Shown: positions 49,607 through 59,900 of the stretch, one piece after another | Numbering within the stretch: the first letter of the stretch is position 1 | Layout: each line of letters opens with the position of its first letter | Assembly (NCBI RefSeq): GCF_000143415.4 | Contig: NW_003314300.1 | Location: 1,285,014 to 1,349,013 of the forward strand | From: Selaginella moellendorffii | Lineage: Eukaryota; Plantae; Lycopodiophyta | DNA: 64,000 nucleotides | Direction of reading: 5' to 3' | Notes under the pieces: generated by a model | What the model saw: only the letters and a program-made list of their open reading frames with translations | Database searches by the model: none | What the model was told of the DNA's origin: nothing | Program-made: the position numbers and the translations under genes

Positions 49607-52579
49607 ATGCATTTCAAGGAGCTGCTCAGGGCGCTGTGGAGCGATCGCGAGGTGTTTGCCACCGGAGGTGAGATCGATGGCAGCTCGTTCCAGATGCCAT
49701 CGTCGCTGCTCGTCGAAGGCGTCGGTAATGTCGAGCTTCCTCTCTCGCAAGAGGGTCTTGACAAGCTCAAGGCCGTGTCCCAGCAAGCCCCTTACGGACT
49801 TGGAGAGAGGACTGTGGTGGACACGGACGTGAGACGAGCATGGCAGATCAATCCCGGTCGAATCTCCTGCCCCGAAAATCCAAGGTTCTTTTCTTCTGTG
49901 GCTCAAGAACTCGCCGCCGCTGGGCTGGCCGCCATGGGACTCGACTCCAAAGCTCTGGAGCTCGACGCTAGGCTCTACAAGCTCCTCCTCTACGAAGCTG
50001 GCGGCCACTTCAAGTTCCACAGGGACACGGAGAAAGAGGGTGGCATGTTTGCGACGATGATCGTCCAGCTCCCTACGGCGTCTGGCCACACCGGAGGGGC
50101 TCTCACGGTTCGCCAGGGAAGGCAGTGCTCCAGGTTTGATTTCTCCGAGGGGAGCTCCGGCCGCTGCTTCTCGACGATTTTCTTTTGCGACTGCGAGCAC
50201 CAGCTTGAGAAGGTGGCCAGTGGATCGAGGCTGTGCCTGGTGTTTAGCCTGGTGAGGAACAACGTCGACTTCATACCGGCAGGGACGGTCCCCTCGTTCG
50301 TCTCCGCGTTGCCTCGAGTTAGAGCTCTTCTCCAGCAGTGGGCCGAGAGTGGAGATGGAGCAGCAGCCGAGAGTGGAGATGGAGCAGCTATGATAACGCA
50401 GCAAGACTACCGCCAACGAAATGAGAGACGTTTCGTTCGTGACAGGAAGCTTTTGGTGATTCCGCTGGCTCACAAGTACTCGAAGACGAGTCTCTCTTTC
50501 GCCGGGCTCAAGGGACACGACCGAGTGGTGGCAGCACTGGTGAGAGCTTGCGAGTTCCTGGATCTCCATCTGTGCATGCTCACCAAGCACAAGACCGTGA
50601 CGGATTACTTCCAGAACGAGTACGTGATCGATAACTGGCTCTCCATCGACGACCAGCCGGCCAAGTTCAAGCAGTGGCACATCGATTTCACGCGGCAGGT
50701 TCTCAGGTGTGCTCCACCGCCCGCAGGGATGATCATGGAGGACGAAGAGGCCGAGGGCGAGGTTGAAGACCAGAGGAACGAGCGGGACGTGTTTGATTTC
50801 ATCGAGGACGAGTTCCGCGGCACGGAGATGATGGCGGGCAACGAGGGTGGCAGCGAGCAGTACTTTTACCACGTCGCGGCGCTGGTGGTGTGGCCAAAGG
50901 TGGCGAGGAGCTCGACGATCTGCCCGTCGCTCGGGGACATCTCTTGGGTGCTCGAGTGGCTGCGGGAGATTTACGGGGACGAGTTCGCAGCTATGGAGGA
51001 GCCCCGGAGGTTCTTGGAAGAGGCAGTGGACGGGTTAACGCGGAAGTTCGCTTCGGTTGCTCCGTGGGGTCAAACGAGGCAGAACGACATGCACTGGCGA
51101 CTGGCAAGGAACATGAGCAAGAATTTCCAGGAACTCTATCGAGAGCCCGCGATGCTGCTCGAGCTGTGCGTGAAGTCGGGGCTTCGCGAGTCGGCCTTTG
51201 CGATCCTCAGGACCTGGGTGGCGGAGCTGATCAGTCTCGACGAGTTTGCGAGAGCAGTGCATGCCTACGGCTGGGAGGCGTGCCGAGAGATCGTGGAGAC
51301 GGCGCTCGTCGGCGTGTTTCACAGTGGATTCCTTCCGTGGAAGCTGCACCGCTGCGGATGCAACGACGGGGCGGTCGCGGCTGCCAAGCTGCTCTGCCGG
51401 AGCGTCGCCACCTCGGAACAGCCGCAGTACGGGCCAGCGCCATGGCAATCCATGGTCCGCCGCTTTGGCAGGGATAGCCAGGGGTTCCAGCCGGAAGGTG
51501 GTGTCCAGAGCCTGCTCGACTTTTGCCTCACCAACGGGCTCCGCGACGAGGCCTCCCAGATCCTTGGAAAGGTCCCCCTGGCGGTGCTGAGCTTCCGGAT
51601 GATGGCTATGGTGGTGCACCACTTCCCGGAGCGCATGAAGGAGGTGGAGGTCCTGTGGGAGGAGCAGAGGGTGGCGGTAAGCTCCAGTGATCCATCATCC
51701 CGCGATGCAAAGGCGAGCGAGATGAGGTTCATCGGTGGGATTCTCGAGTTCGCGCTGCAGCTGGAAGCTCTGGGACATCTGGAAGCGGCGCGGGCATTTG
51801 CGGCAAAGTCTTTGCAGCTGCCCGGCTTCCCAGAGAAGGCGGAGCAATACCAGCCCTGGCGGCAGTGGCTCGATGAACCCGACGTCATGCTGCTCATGCT
51901 GCTCGACAAGCCTGAGAACTTACGTGTGAGAACCAGCGAGCACTGTCGCGGTGAGGTGGTCAGGGCGATGCTAAGAGCTGGGCGATTGATGGGCTTGAAG
52001 GACAAGGCGGAGATGAAGCGGCTGTTTTGCGAGCTCTGCAAGGTGGAGCTTGCAGAGGTGATGGACAAGGCGGAGCTGAATTCCTGGGCCGGGGATCCAT
52101 CGCCCCTCAATCAGAAGGGCGAGAAGATCAGGCAGTTCACGACGTGGAAGAATTACATGACTTGGGCGGAGCAAAAGGAGTTCCTGGAGATGGCGCTGTT
52201 TTGGCTCGAGGACGAGGGAGTGCTCGACAGGGTGGTGGAGCTGGCGAGCAAGAGGATGAATATGGTGAAGAGGATGGTGGAGGAGGGATTTGTGGAGAAA
52301 GCGATCGCGAGCGGGATGGTTGGATCGAGGCACGCGATGAGGAGGCTTGTGGAGGCGAGGATGGAGTACCTGGCGAGGGAGCCGAGCATGGACGATGTGG
52401 AGGGGGATTTCCTGCCGCCGGCGTCCAAGGTGATGAGGATCTGTGGCGCGGTGGATGCGCGGCAGCTCGAGGATAATCCGCGGCAGCTGCGCCGGGCGCA
52501 CGAGATTGTGGTGGAGAAGTGGAGGGCGATTTGCAAGGATGAGATGGAGTCGCTTCGAGCCTTGAGAGAAATCCTTTGA
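49607..52579 (+). CDS. 2OG-Fe(II) dioxygenase-domain protein (fungal/bacterial type) with long helical C-terminus, intronless, 990 aa
   Basis: APYGLGERTVVDTDVRRAWQI, LYKLLLYEAGGHFKFHRDTEK (HxD), HTGGAL, DCEH (distal His), GSRLCL (2OG-binding Arg), L.HKYS..SLSF..LKGHD, GNEG..Y..AALVVWP. Confidence 0.85.
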   Translation: MHFKELLRALWSDREVFATGGEIDGSSFQMPSSLLVEGVGNVELPLSQEGLDKLKAVSQQAPYGLGERTVVDTDVRRAWQINPGRISCPENPRFFSSVAQELAAAGLAAMGLDSKALELDARLYKLLLYEAGGHFKFHRDTEKEGGMFATMIVQLPTASGHTGGALTVRQGRQCSRFDFSEGSSGRCFSTIFFCDCEHQLEKVASGSRLCLVFSLVRNNVDFIPAGTVPSFVSALPRVRALLQQWAESGDGAAAESGDGAAMITQQDYRQRNERRFVRDRKLLVIPLAHKYSKTSLSFAGLKGHDRVVAALVRACEFLDLHLCMLTKHKTVTDYFQNEYVIDNWLSIDDQPAKFKQWHIDFTRQVLRCAPPPAGMIMEDEEAEGEVEDQRNERDVFDFIEDEFRGTEMMAGNEGGSEQYFYHVAALVVWPKVARSSTICPSLGDISWVLEWLREIYGDEFAAMEEPRRFLEEAVDGLTRKFASVAPWGQTRQNDMHWRLARNMSKNFQELYREPAMLLELCVKSGLRESAFAILRTWVAELISLDEFARAVHAYGWEACREIVETALVGVFHSGFLPWKLHRCGCNDGAVAAAKLLCRSVATSEQPQYGPAPWQSMVRRFGRDSQGFQPEGGVQSLLDFCLTNGLRDEASQILGKVPLAVLSFRMMAMVVHHFPERMKEVEVLWEEQRVAVSSSDPSSRDAKASEMRFIGGILEFALQLEALGHLEAARAFAAKSLQLPGFPEKAEQYQPWRQWLDEPDVMLLMLLDKPENLRVRTSEHCRGEVVRAMLRAGRLMGLKDKAEMKRLFCELCKVELAEVMDKAELNSWAGDPSPLNQKGEKIRQFTTWKNYMTWAEQKEFLEMALFWLEDEGVLDRVVELASKRMNMVKRMVEEGFVEKAIASGMVGSRHAMRRLVEARMEYLAREPSMDDVEGDFLPPASKVMRICGAVDARQLEDNPRQLRRAHEIVVEKWRAICKDEMESLRALREIL

Positions 52580-52627
52580 TCTAAATTTTAGGGTTCTTGT
52601 TGATTTCTCGCTTCGTGATCAGGCCGT

Positions 52628-52730
52628 CCACGTGGCCGCATCGATGCCGGGCATTTTGAATGCAGCTGACGTGTCAAGGTTTTGCGCCTTAAACCGTGAT
52701 GACGTGTGTATGTTAAACACGATGACGTGT
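52628..52730 (+). promoter_or_regulatory. G-box/ACGT cluster upstream of the plastid protein gene
   Basis: CCACGTGGC (52628), TGACGTGTC (52667), TGACGTGT (52700 and 52723). Confidence 0.5.
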
Positions 52731-52776
52731 GAAAGAATATGCGTTATAGGATCTTAGCTTTATGCCCTTATCATTT

Positions 52777-53713
52777 ATGGAGGTGGGAGTGGAATGGGCG
52801 AAAGGCTTGAGTCAATACTCATGTTTAAATCCTCGCCATAGTACGCTGGGATTTGGAGCTCGCCATAGTACGCTGGGATTTGGAGCTCTCAAAGCGGACA
52901 GGAAAGTTATAAGTACCAGAAGTAGAAATTTTCATGCCAGGGTTGCGAGTGGAGAATCTCAAGGTAAATTTTCACTCGTATAGAAATTCTAGAAAGCTTT
53001 CTTTCACAATCGTTCAGTGGGGGAAGTGGATAGCAAAGTCGAGGAGAGCGTTCTGGTGCTAAAGGCCGCTGCCAAGAGCAAGAAAATCCCAGCTCCAGAG
53101 GTGTTTGCGGCATTTAGAGTTTTGGAGAAAGCCCGCGTGGATCCATCCAATTTTCTAGAGACTTTGGGAGGAAGTAGTGGAGCTGAGCCAAGGTGCTGGA
53201 TGCTTGTCTTCATTTGTGGAGCCAAAGCGGTAAGCAAACTTGTCACAAATCTAGAACTTTGCTCTTAATTTTTGCTTTCGATTTGAAGGTGAGAGAAGCT
53301 TTGAAAGGTGGTGGTGGAGGTGGCACATACTTCCCATTCACCGCTGTGCAGCAATACAATGCCACTGTAAGTTTCCAAAAGCTTTCACAAGGATTCGTCG
53401 TTAACAATGTGGATCATCGCAGACAAAGAGCATACTAAACGGGCTCTACCTCGGCCCTCTTGGTGTGCTAGAATTCATGGGACGCTTCTCATGGTCCAAG
53501 AACAAGCTCTTCTTCATCTTCGATTCCCTGAGCGTCAAGGTTGGGCCTCTCGGCCCCTTCCAATTCGCGATCAGCAAGAAAGAAGAGCTGGATCGAGAGC
53601 CCGGGAACAAAGATCCTTTCTTCATCTGGTTCTACGCGGACGAAGAAATCGTCGTTGGAAAGGGGTCAGGAGGAGGCATTTTTCTGAGGGTGCGTTGCAA
53701 TCGAAGAGTTTGA
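52777..53713 (+). CDS. Plastid-targeted At1g18060-like (fibrillin/PAP-like) protein, 4 exons
   Basis: Transit-peptide-like exon 1, then KAAAKSKK..EV..AF..LEKA.VDPS.FLETLGG, YFPFTAVQ, NGLYLGPLG, KDPFFIWFYADEEI. Confidence 0.8.
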
Positions 53714-53901
53714 ACCTCAGCCGCTAGATCAGAAACTGCAAATCTCAGGCGTTGGTTTTAATCGCATCGTGGCCGTCTGTTTTGAACCTGGCATCGACGG
53801 CCATGATGGGCGGGAGACGGACGGCCAAGATATGCGGAGGAAGAATCCTAAACCTGGGTTTTGAAGCTGAAGAACCCTAAGAAAAAGAGCGGGGTGGAGG
53901 A

Positions 53902-55158
53902 ATGCTCGAGGCGAGCGCGTTGCCAGGTATGGATGTGGATCCACAGCCACAGCCAGCGCAGTCGTACCAGGCAGTGCGCCTGGCGCTGGCCGTTGCGATC
54001 GTCAAGTCCCGCGGCGGGGCGGATCGCGGTGGCATTGCGGCCAAGAAGCGGCTCAAGGATGAAATTTCGCTGCTCCGGAGCGAGATCGAGAGGTTGCGCT
54101 CCAGCTCCGCGGAGCCGCTGGTGCCGCGCGTCCTGTGCAAGTGCTTCACGGATTCTTCCACTCCGCCTCCTCGCCGGCAGCGAAATATCCTGGCGCAACC
54201 GGAGTTCCACGAGGAATCTGTCGCTCGCCTCATGGACTGCGTCCGATTCCTCAATGGCTGCAAGAAACGCCGCCTCCTCGATGCCGGCAACCAAGAACAG
54301 GACGAAGAGAGGGCTCGTCGTTTGACGGAGATGGCGAATCTCATCGTCGAGCTCGTGTCAAGTACGAACGTCCAGCTTTTCTCCGTGTGGCTCCACCAGG
54401 CTGTGGATTTCTTTGAGAGCTGCGTCTCCAGCATTGGCGGCGAGAGATTCTCCACGGCGGCCCAGAGCGCCACGAAGAGATTGGTTGGGAGCCTCGTCGG
54501 CAAGGTGATGAGCTTCACGGACTCGGCAGAGAAATCCAAGGACGAGGCTCTCAAGCTCGATCACAGGCCTTTCATCGAGAAGGTCCTCCTCCACCTCGCC
54601 GAAGTTCCTTGTATCGGCCACAGGATCCTGACCGACGTATCTGGCCAGCTCGCAGTCATCGCCGAGGCGCTGTCGCAGGCGAGAGATCCATTCGCGGAGG
54701 AGACCACCCAGCTGCTCGAGAATTCCTACTTTCTTCTCGAGCTCATCTCGAAGGTGCTGGATTTTCCCTTCACTGGCTGGCTGGAAAAGTCGAAGCTGGA
54801 TCCCGACTTGCTGGAAGAATTCGTGGCGGAGTTCTTCCGGACCAAGGAGGCCACGCTCCGATCCAACCGGCTAAACTTCCTCTTCGTCGCCTACACAGAT
54901 CGGATCTGTGCTCAGGTGGTGAAGCAGCTCCACTCGGTCTCGTCAAGTCCACAGTGCAAGGACGTGAAGCTGCAAAAGATCGTCGCCAGCTCTCTCCAGC
55001 GTCTCCTGGATCTGGCCTCGTTGAGCTTCCACAGTGGTAAGAAAGAGCTTAGAGCTCTCTTCTTAGGTCTAACGCCACTATCATTTCTTCAGCGAAGCGA
55101 TCGAACCAATGAAGCATCGCAGCCTTTCTCACGTAACTCCCACGATTTTGATTCCTAG
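53902..55158 (+). CDS. PRD2: PRD2/MULTIPOLAR SPINDLE 1-like meiotic double-strand-break protein (MEI4-related)
   Basis: RLALAVAIVKSR, CKCF, FSVWLHQAVDF, PCIGHRI, DPFAEE, FVAYTDR occur in the same order as the recalled AtPRD2 motifs (RLAIAVSLLRSK, CKCYF, FSNWSHQAVDF, PFIGQRA, DPFDE, YMDR). A possible small terminal intron begins at ~55037. Confidence 0.8.
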   Translation: MLEASALPGMDVDPQPQPAQSYQAVRLALAVAIVKSRGGADRGGIAAKKRLKDEISLLRSEIERLRSSSAEPLVPRVLCKCFTDSSTPPPRRQRNILAQPEFHEESVARLMDCVRFLNGCKKRRLLDAGNQEQDEERARRLTEMANLIVELVSSTNVQLFSVWLHQAVDFFESCVSSIGGERFSTAAQSATKRLVGSLVGKVMSFTDSAEKSKDEALKLDHRPFIEKVLLHLAEVPCIGHRILTDVSGQLAVIAEALSQARDPFAEETTQLLENSYFLLELISKVLDFPFTGWLEKSKLDPDLLEEFVAEFFRTKEATLRSNRLNFLFVAYTDRICAQVVKQLHSVSSSPQCKDVKLQKIVASSLQRLLDLASLSFHSGKKELRALFLGLTPLSFLQRSDRTNEASQPFSRNSHDFDS

Positions 55159-55829
55159 TAAAAGCGATCGAATACCATTGTTTCTTCACGATCTCGTCAG
55201 CATTGGGTAAGCGTCTCTATTCTTTCATCTCCAATACAGTTGTTCTTTTATTTGTCTAGGACGAATAGCAACTGTTTTCACTTTGAATCCAGACAGGTCT
55301 GTATCAAGGTTGAACTAGGGTTTGCATTGTCACTCTATTGCCTAGTGTACATATCAAAGGAATTGCAATATCAGTTGCAATATTTGGTATGCTCAACTCA
55401 AGCACCTTCGATTCCCATCGGCTTTAGCTCTTTTGAGAAGATCTCAATTTTCCAAGTTGATAGTAAAGATGAGAGGGTTCCATGACCAAGAAAGTGGTGT
55501 GATCCACTTAATTATCTTGTGAAGATTAGTTCATGGGTAGGGAGAGTTTGGGGAGTGTGTTCTGGTGGGATGGAGGCAATACATGGCAAATACATGCCCA
55601 TTAATAGCAAGCATAAACCATGTTTGTGTGATATAAGCAATAATACAAGTTGTTTATACATGTTTGCCTATGAAGAAGAGGTTAAAGGTTTCAGTAATAT
55701 GGCAAGTCAAGCATACTCCTAATGAGCAAATACATGCCCTTTGACAATAGGAATAAGCTAGTTAAGTGACACATAATTGAACTAATAGAAGTTCAAAAGA
55801 ACATAGCCCATGTGCTTGTTGTGACTGAT

Positions 55830-56956
55830 TGTAGCGCACGTGGTTTTGACCCTTTATCCTATGGTGATTTACTAATGAAGCGGAACCTAAACCCTCTTTG
55901 TGCCACATGACAGATGCCACGTGTCACATGCCACGTGTCCATAGGAACCTGAGGTTCAGGGCCTTGGACCACTGAACGAAGGAACGGTGCCAAACTCCCA
56001 AGCATGGAGCTAAGGAGTGATGGAACCGAACCACGGAGCAACTCCTGAGCATAAAGCCCAAGGAGCGAAGGGACAGGGGCCCGGAGCGACTTGGAACAGT
56101 CCTAGAGTAACCAGCATCCCAATGCCAAGACTAGCACGCAAAACGGAGCCAAACGGAGTCTGGCGCTATTTCGGCATACCGGTGGCCTAACGCAAGGATA
56201 TGGGTACTCCACCAGCTAGCATGGAATGGAACTTGGGCTTAGACCCAAGCCAGACGCAGAACAAGGACAGGCACGCAAGCGGGAGCTAGACTATGCCTCA
56301 GGTTGGTCGGCCATGCCCGACCTACCCACTATCCCTACAATACATTTGGAACCCCCCACAGCCCCCCCCCCCCCCCCTCTTGAGGAACACACGCTTTGGG
56401 CTTTCACCCCAAGCCTCCCTTAGTATTAAGAGTTAGTCTCTGGGACAAGCTCGAAACTTACTAAATATGGAATGTCCCTAGATTGCGAATTTGGACATGG
56501 GACGAACACCATTGTATTCAGGACGATCTCTACATTCCGTAGATATGCCAAATGAGCAAATCTGGACACTTTCCATAATTAGCATTTGGGACCGAAATGA
56601 GACTAACACAAAGGGCATGATAGCAAGGGTGTTTGGCAGACACGGTAAGCTATCATCCGGCGATATTGAGGGACCAATCTCAATACGCGAGGGTTCTTGC
56701 CAAGCCAGTGCAAGACAGAGCAAAAGAGAACTAAGAGCCAGGCCAAGTATGCTCAGCTAGAAACACATAGGAGTTCCTACCTTATGTCCATCTGGCTAAG
56801 TACAGGTGCTAAGCCCAGTAAACTAACACTTGAACAAGAGGGACTGATAAAGGGAACCAGCAATACCGACCTCCTGCCATCGTGGCAGTAAGGTAAGAGT
56901 GTCCGTAAGGACTAGCCGACAGGTAACTTTCGATACCCGAAGTCACATTCGCGACA
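55830..56956 (-). repeat. 3' LTR (1127 bp)
   Basis: Direct repeat of 61955-63100. Flanked internally by PPT (minus strand AGGGGGGGAGAG, 56957-56968). Confidence 0.95.
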
Positions 56957-59900
56957 CTCTCCCCCCCTAGGGAAGATCGACGTCCTCGTCGATGCATACT
57001 CGAGTCTAGAATACCGCCAAGGAAACAACTCCAGAAAAAGTTCACGGTACTCACACTATGTGAGAAATGCACCAACTTAAATGAGTTAGGGGGCAACCTC
57101 TTTGTCTAACGCGGATGCGCTACCAGCTCAGACACCTTCCGGCCGTCGCCGACAAAGAAATGACCAACGGAGTCAACCACCCTTGCTGCTCTGGGAGTCA
57201 CCCAGCTTACAAAAGTGTGATACGCCCCTGCCCGCAGGGACATAGAGAGAGAAGCTAAAGGCCCCAACCCTCCTGAGCAAAGAAACCAAACCCGTCGGTA
57301 AGGTTTAGATAGACTACTGTAAACAGGCAGTTAGAGTTGTTTACACGGTCACGCCCTTTTAACGGAATAAGGAACATCGACAGAGAGGCGGGTTATGTGA
57401 CCAGTCGACAGTAGCTACCCCATGACTAGAGATTTCAACATGCACATGAAGTGCCGAAGCCAGTCTACCTATACTGACCCAAACTCAAAGATCAATAGAT
57501 GGACAATATCAAAGTCATAGACAATGATATCTTAGAGTCTTAATTATCAGTGAATAAATCTTATATTAGAACACAAATGTATTCCAAGTAAGTTATCATC
57601 TGATAAACCAGTATTATAGTAGATAGGAACCACCAAGATCATCAAAATTGGTAAACACAGAATGCACCATCCAACAAAATTCAATAGCTAGTATATCATC
57701 AAGGAAACTCAATGATGAAACTTAACTACCGAAGATGGCAGATAGTATTCCAAGTAACTTACTAAAGATAACTCATAGCACATAAAGGATCATCGACTAG
57801 CAAGCAAAATGCTCGCGAATGTATCACTCGAAGGAAATAACATTCGAATCTATCAAAGTGAACTCAAGCAATAATCAACAGAACAGAATGAATGTTCCAT
57901 GGCTAACAAACACTCGTTCATGCCAACTATCACACTAGCCAATCTGAATAGACCCCGGTCAACAATACCAAGGAACCAGAGTTGCTCTAGCAAGTGTCAG
58001 CAACATCCTATCAATGTCTCAAACCCAAGAGACCAATCCAGAGCAAACCACAAAGAATATGTGGTATTGCGAAAAGCCAAAAGCTATCAAAGAGAACAAC
58101 TAACCATCATGAAAGATCATTAATCATCCCATCAAAAAGATATGCCAAATCATCGTCAAGCAAGAATCTACCATCCCGAAGAATAGCAAATAATTCCAGA
58201 CCAACAATAATCAAGCAAAACTTTTGATAAGGATAATCAACTACCCTAGATGATAGTCAATCATCACCAATGATTGCCATATACAAATACCAACTTCAAC
58301 ATCGAAGCTAACAAGCCAAAATGCCTTCCCCAACAACTCTTAACAAATGGAACAATGAGCATAAAATTCAAAGAACTAAAAGCTCGAAGAAGCCTATAGC
58401 CAAGTCGTGCCTAGCAATGATCACAAGTTTTGCATGAACTAACTTCAATGCTAAAGAAGAAATCATGGTGCAACCCACAATATCTTCCTCAACAGATCCA
58501 TAAGCTAGACTTCATAATGCCAAAGCTAATGAAGAGCATATCTGCATCAATCCAAAAGTTAAGCATAATGAAGCTATGCTTAACAAGTGATCACCAAACG
58601 ATCCTCCATGAATCCATCTATAGCAAAACGTAACTCACTTCATAACAAGCACAAGAAGAATCATCAAGGATCAATATATCCCAATTCAAATCCAACAAAG
58701 ATTTGATCACTTCAATATTGATCACTAACTCTTCCACTTGTAGAGTTAGCATAGTTCACAACTGAATCACTTTTCAAGAAAAAGCCAAAGCTCAACCTCT
58801 ACTAAATAATCTCGTCTAGAACACAACTAACTCAAACTTGCCACTCAATTCATTTGAACGTCAACATAGTTGCTAACTAGCAAATGCGCGAATGCTAATA
58901 ACACAAAGCTATAACCAAATCATCAACACTATCTTCATTGAGAGCAATGAAACTCAATATCAATCCTAAGGATAGATATATCATCTCACCTGAATCTCAA
59001 CATCAATAATATCAATGACAAAGCATCACCTCAATGCCATCAACACCATAACAAAGCTAGAAGAAAGCAAGAGTGTATCACCACTCAAAGCTCTTTAGCA
59101 ACCAAGCTAACCAAAGTCGGAGATACTTTACTCAGTATCCGAGACCAATTTCTCAACAATACTCAGGTACAGATAACACTTCCTCAAGGAGTGAATCACC
59201 ACGTCCAAGACTCAATGAAATCCAACACCACGGACTAAATGTAACCAAATGATATCAATAGAGGTAAAATTGAAATGCTAACATGGAAAAACCATGTAAG
59301 TCTAACGACGCAATCCTCCGCAACACCATCCGGTAAAGCAAGCCCATCACCGCTAAACTATCATCGAGTGAAGCAAGTATCAGAGGTCCTCGACGAAGTC
59401 TATAAGCAACCATTAGTCGCAAGGCAACCAACAATCACTTTTCAACTTACCTTCACAAGACCCAAACACTAACTTTTTGTCATCAAGTCATATACTTGTC
59501 CGACATGAACATAATACCCCAGGTATGAAATAAAGGTTCATGGACAAGCATAAACTAAATGACTACTCGAATCCAACTCAACCGCGATAAGCTCACAAAC
59601 ACATCTAGTCAATAGCTCTGAGCATGCCTTGAAGAGGCTAGCTATGCATGATCAACACTCAGCCGAAACTAAAGTGAAGACCATGAGATGGATCTATATC
59701 AGTACACAACCTCCTCATAGACAAAGCTACAGTACGGGTACTAACATCTCAAACTCAAACAACTAAGTTGAACATCACCATCCTTAGCCAAGGTGCAGGG
59801 CCACCAAGACCAAATCAAGATCAGTGAGAGTTCACTACTCTCATAGAGTCTTAACAAAATGCAAGGTGCAACCTGCCACCGAGCATAATGCTACAAAAGA

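Noticed and set aside
49568-50872. 434-aa antisense ORF, and similar long shadow ORFs over the WD40, WAKL, PPR and PRD2 genes (e.g. 46368-47567)
   Set aside because: Expected by-products of GC-rich codon usage in or opposite real genes; no motifs.
56226-56891. Short ORFs repeated in both LTRs and in older copies
   Set aside because: Repeated only because the LTR is repeated; no protein motifs.
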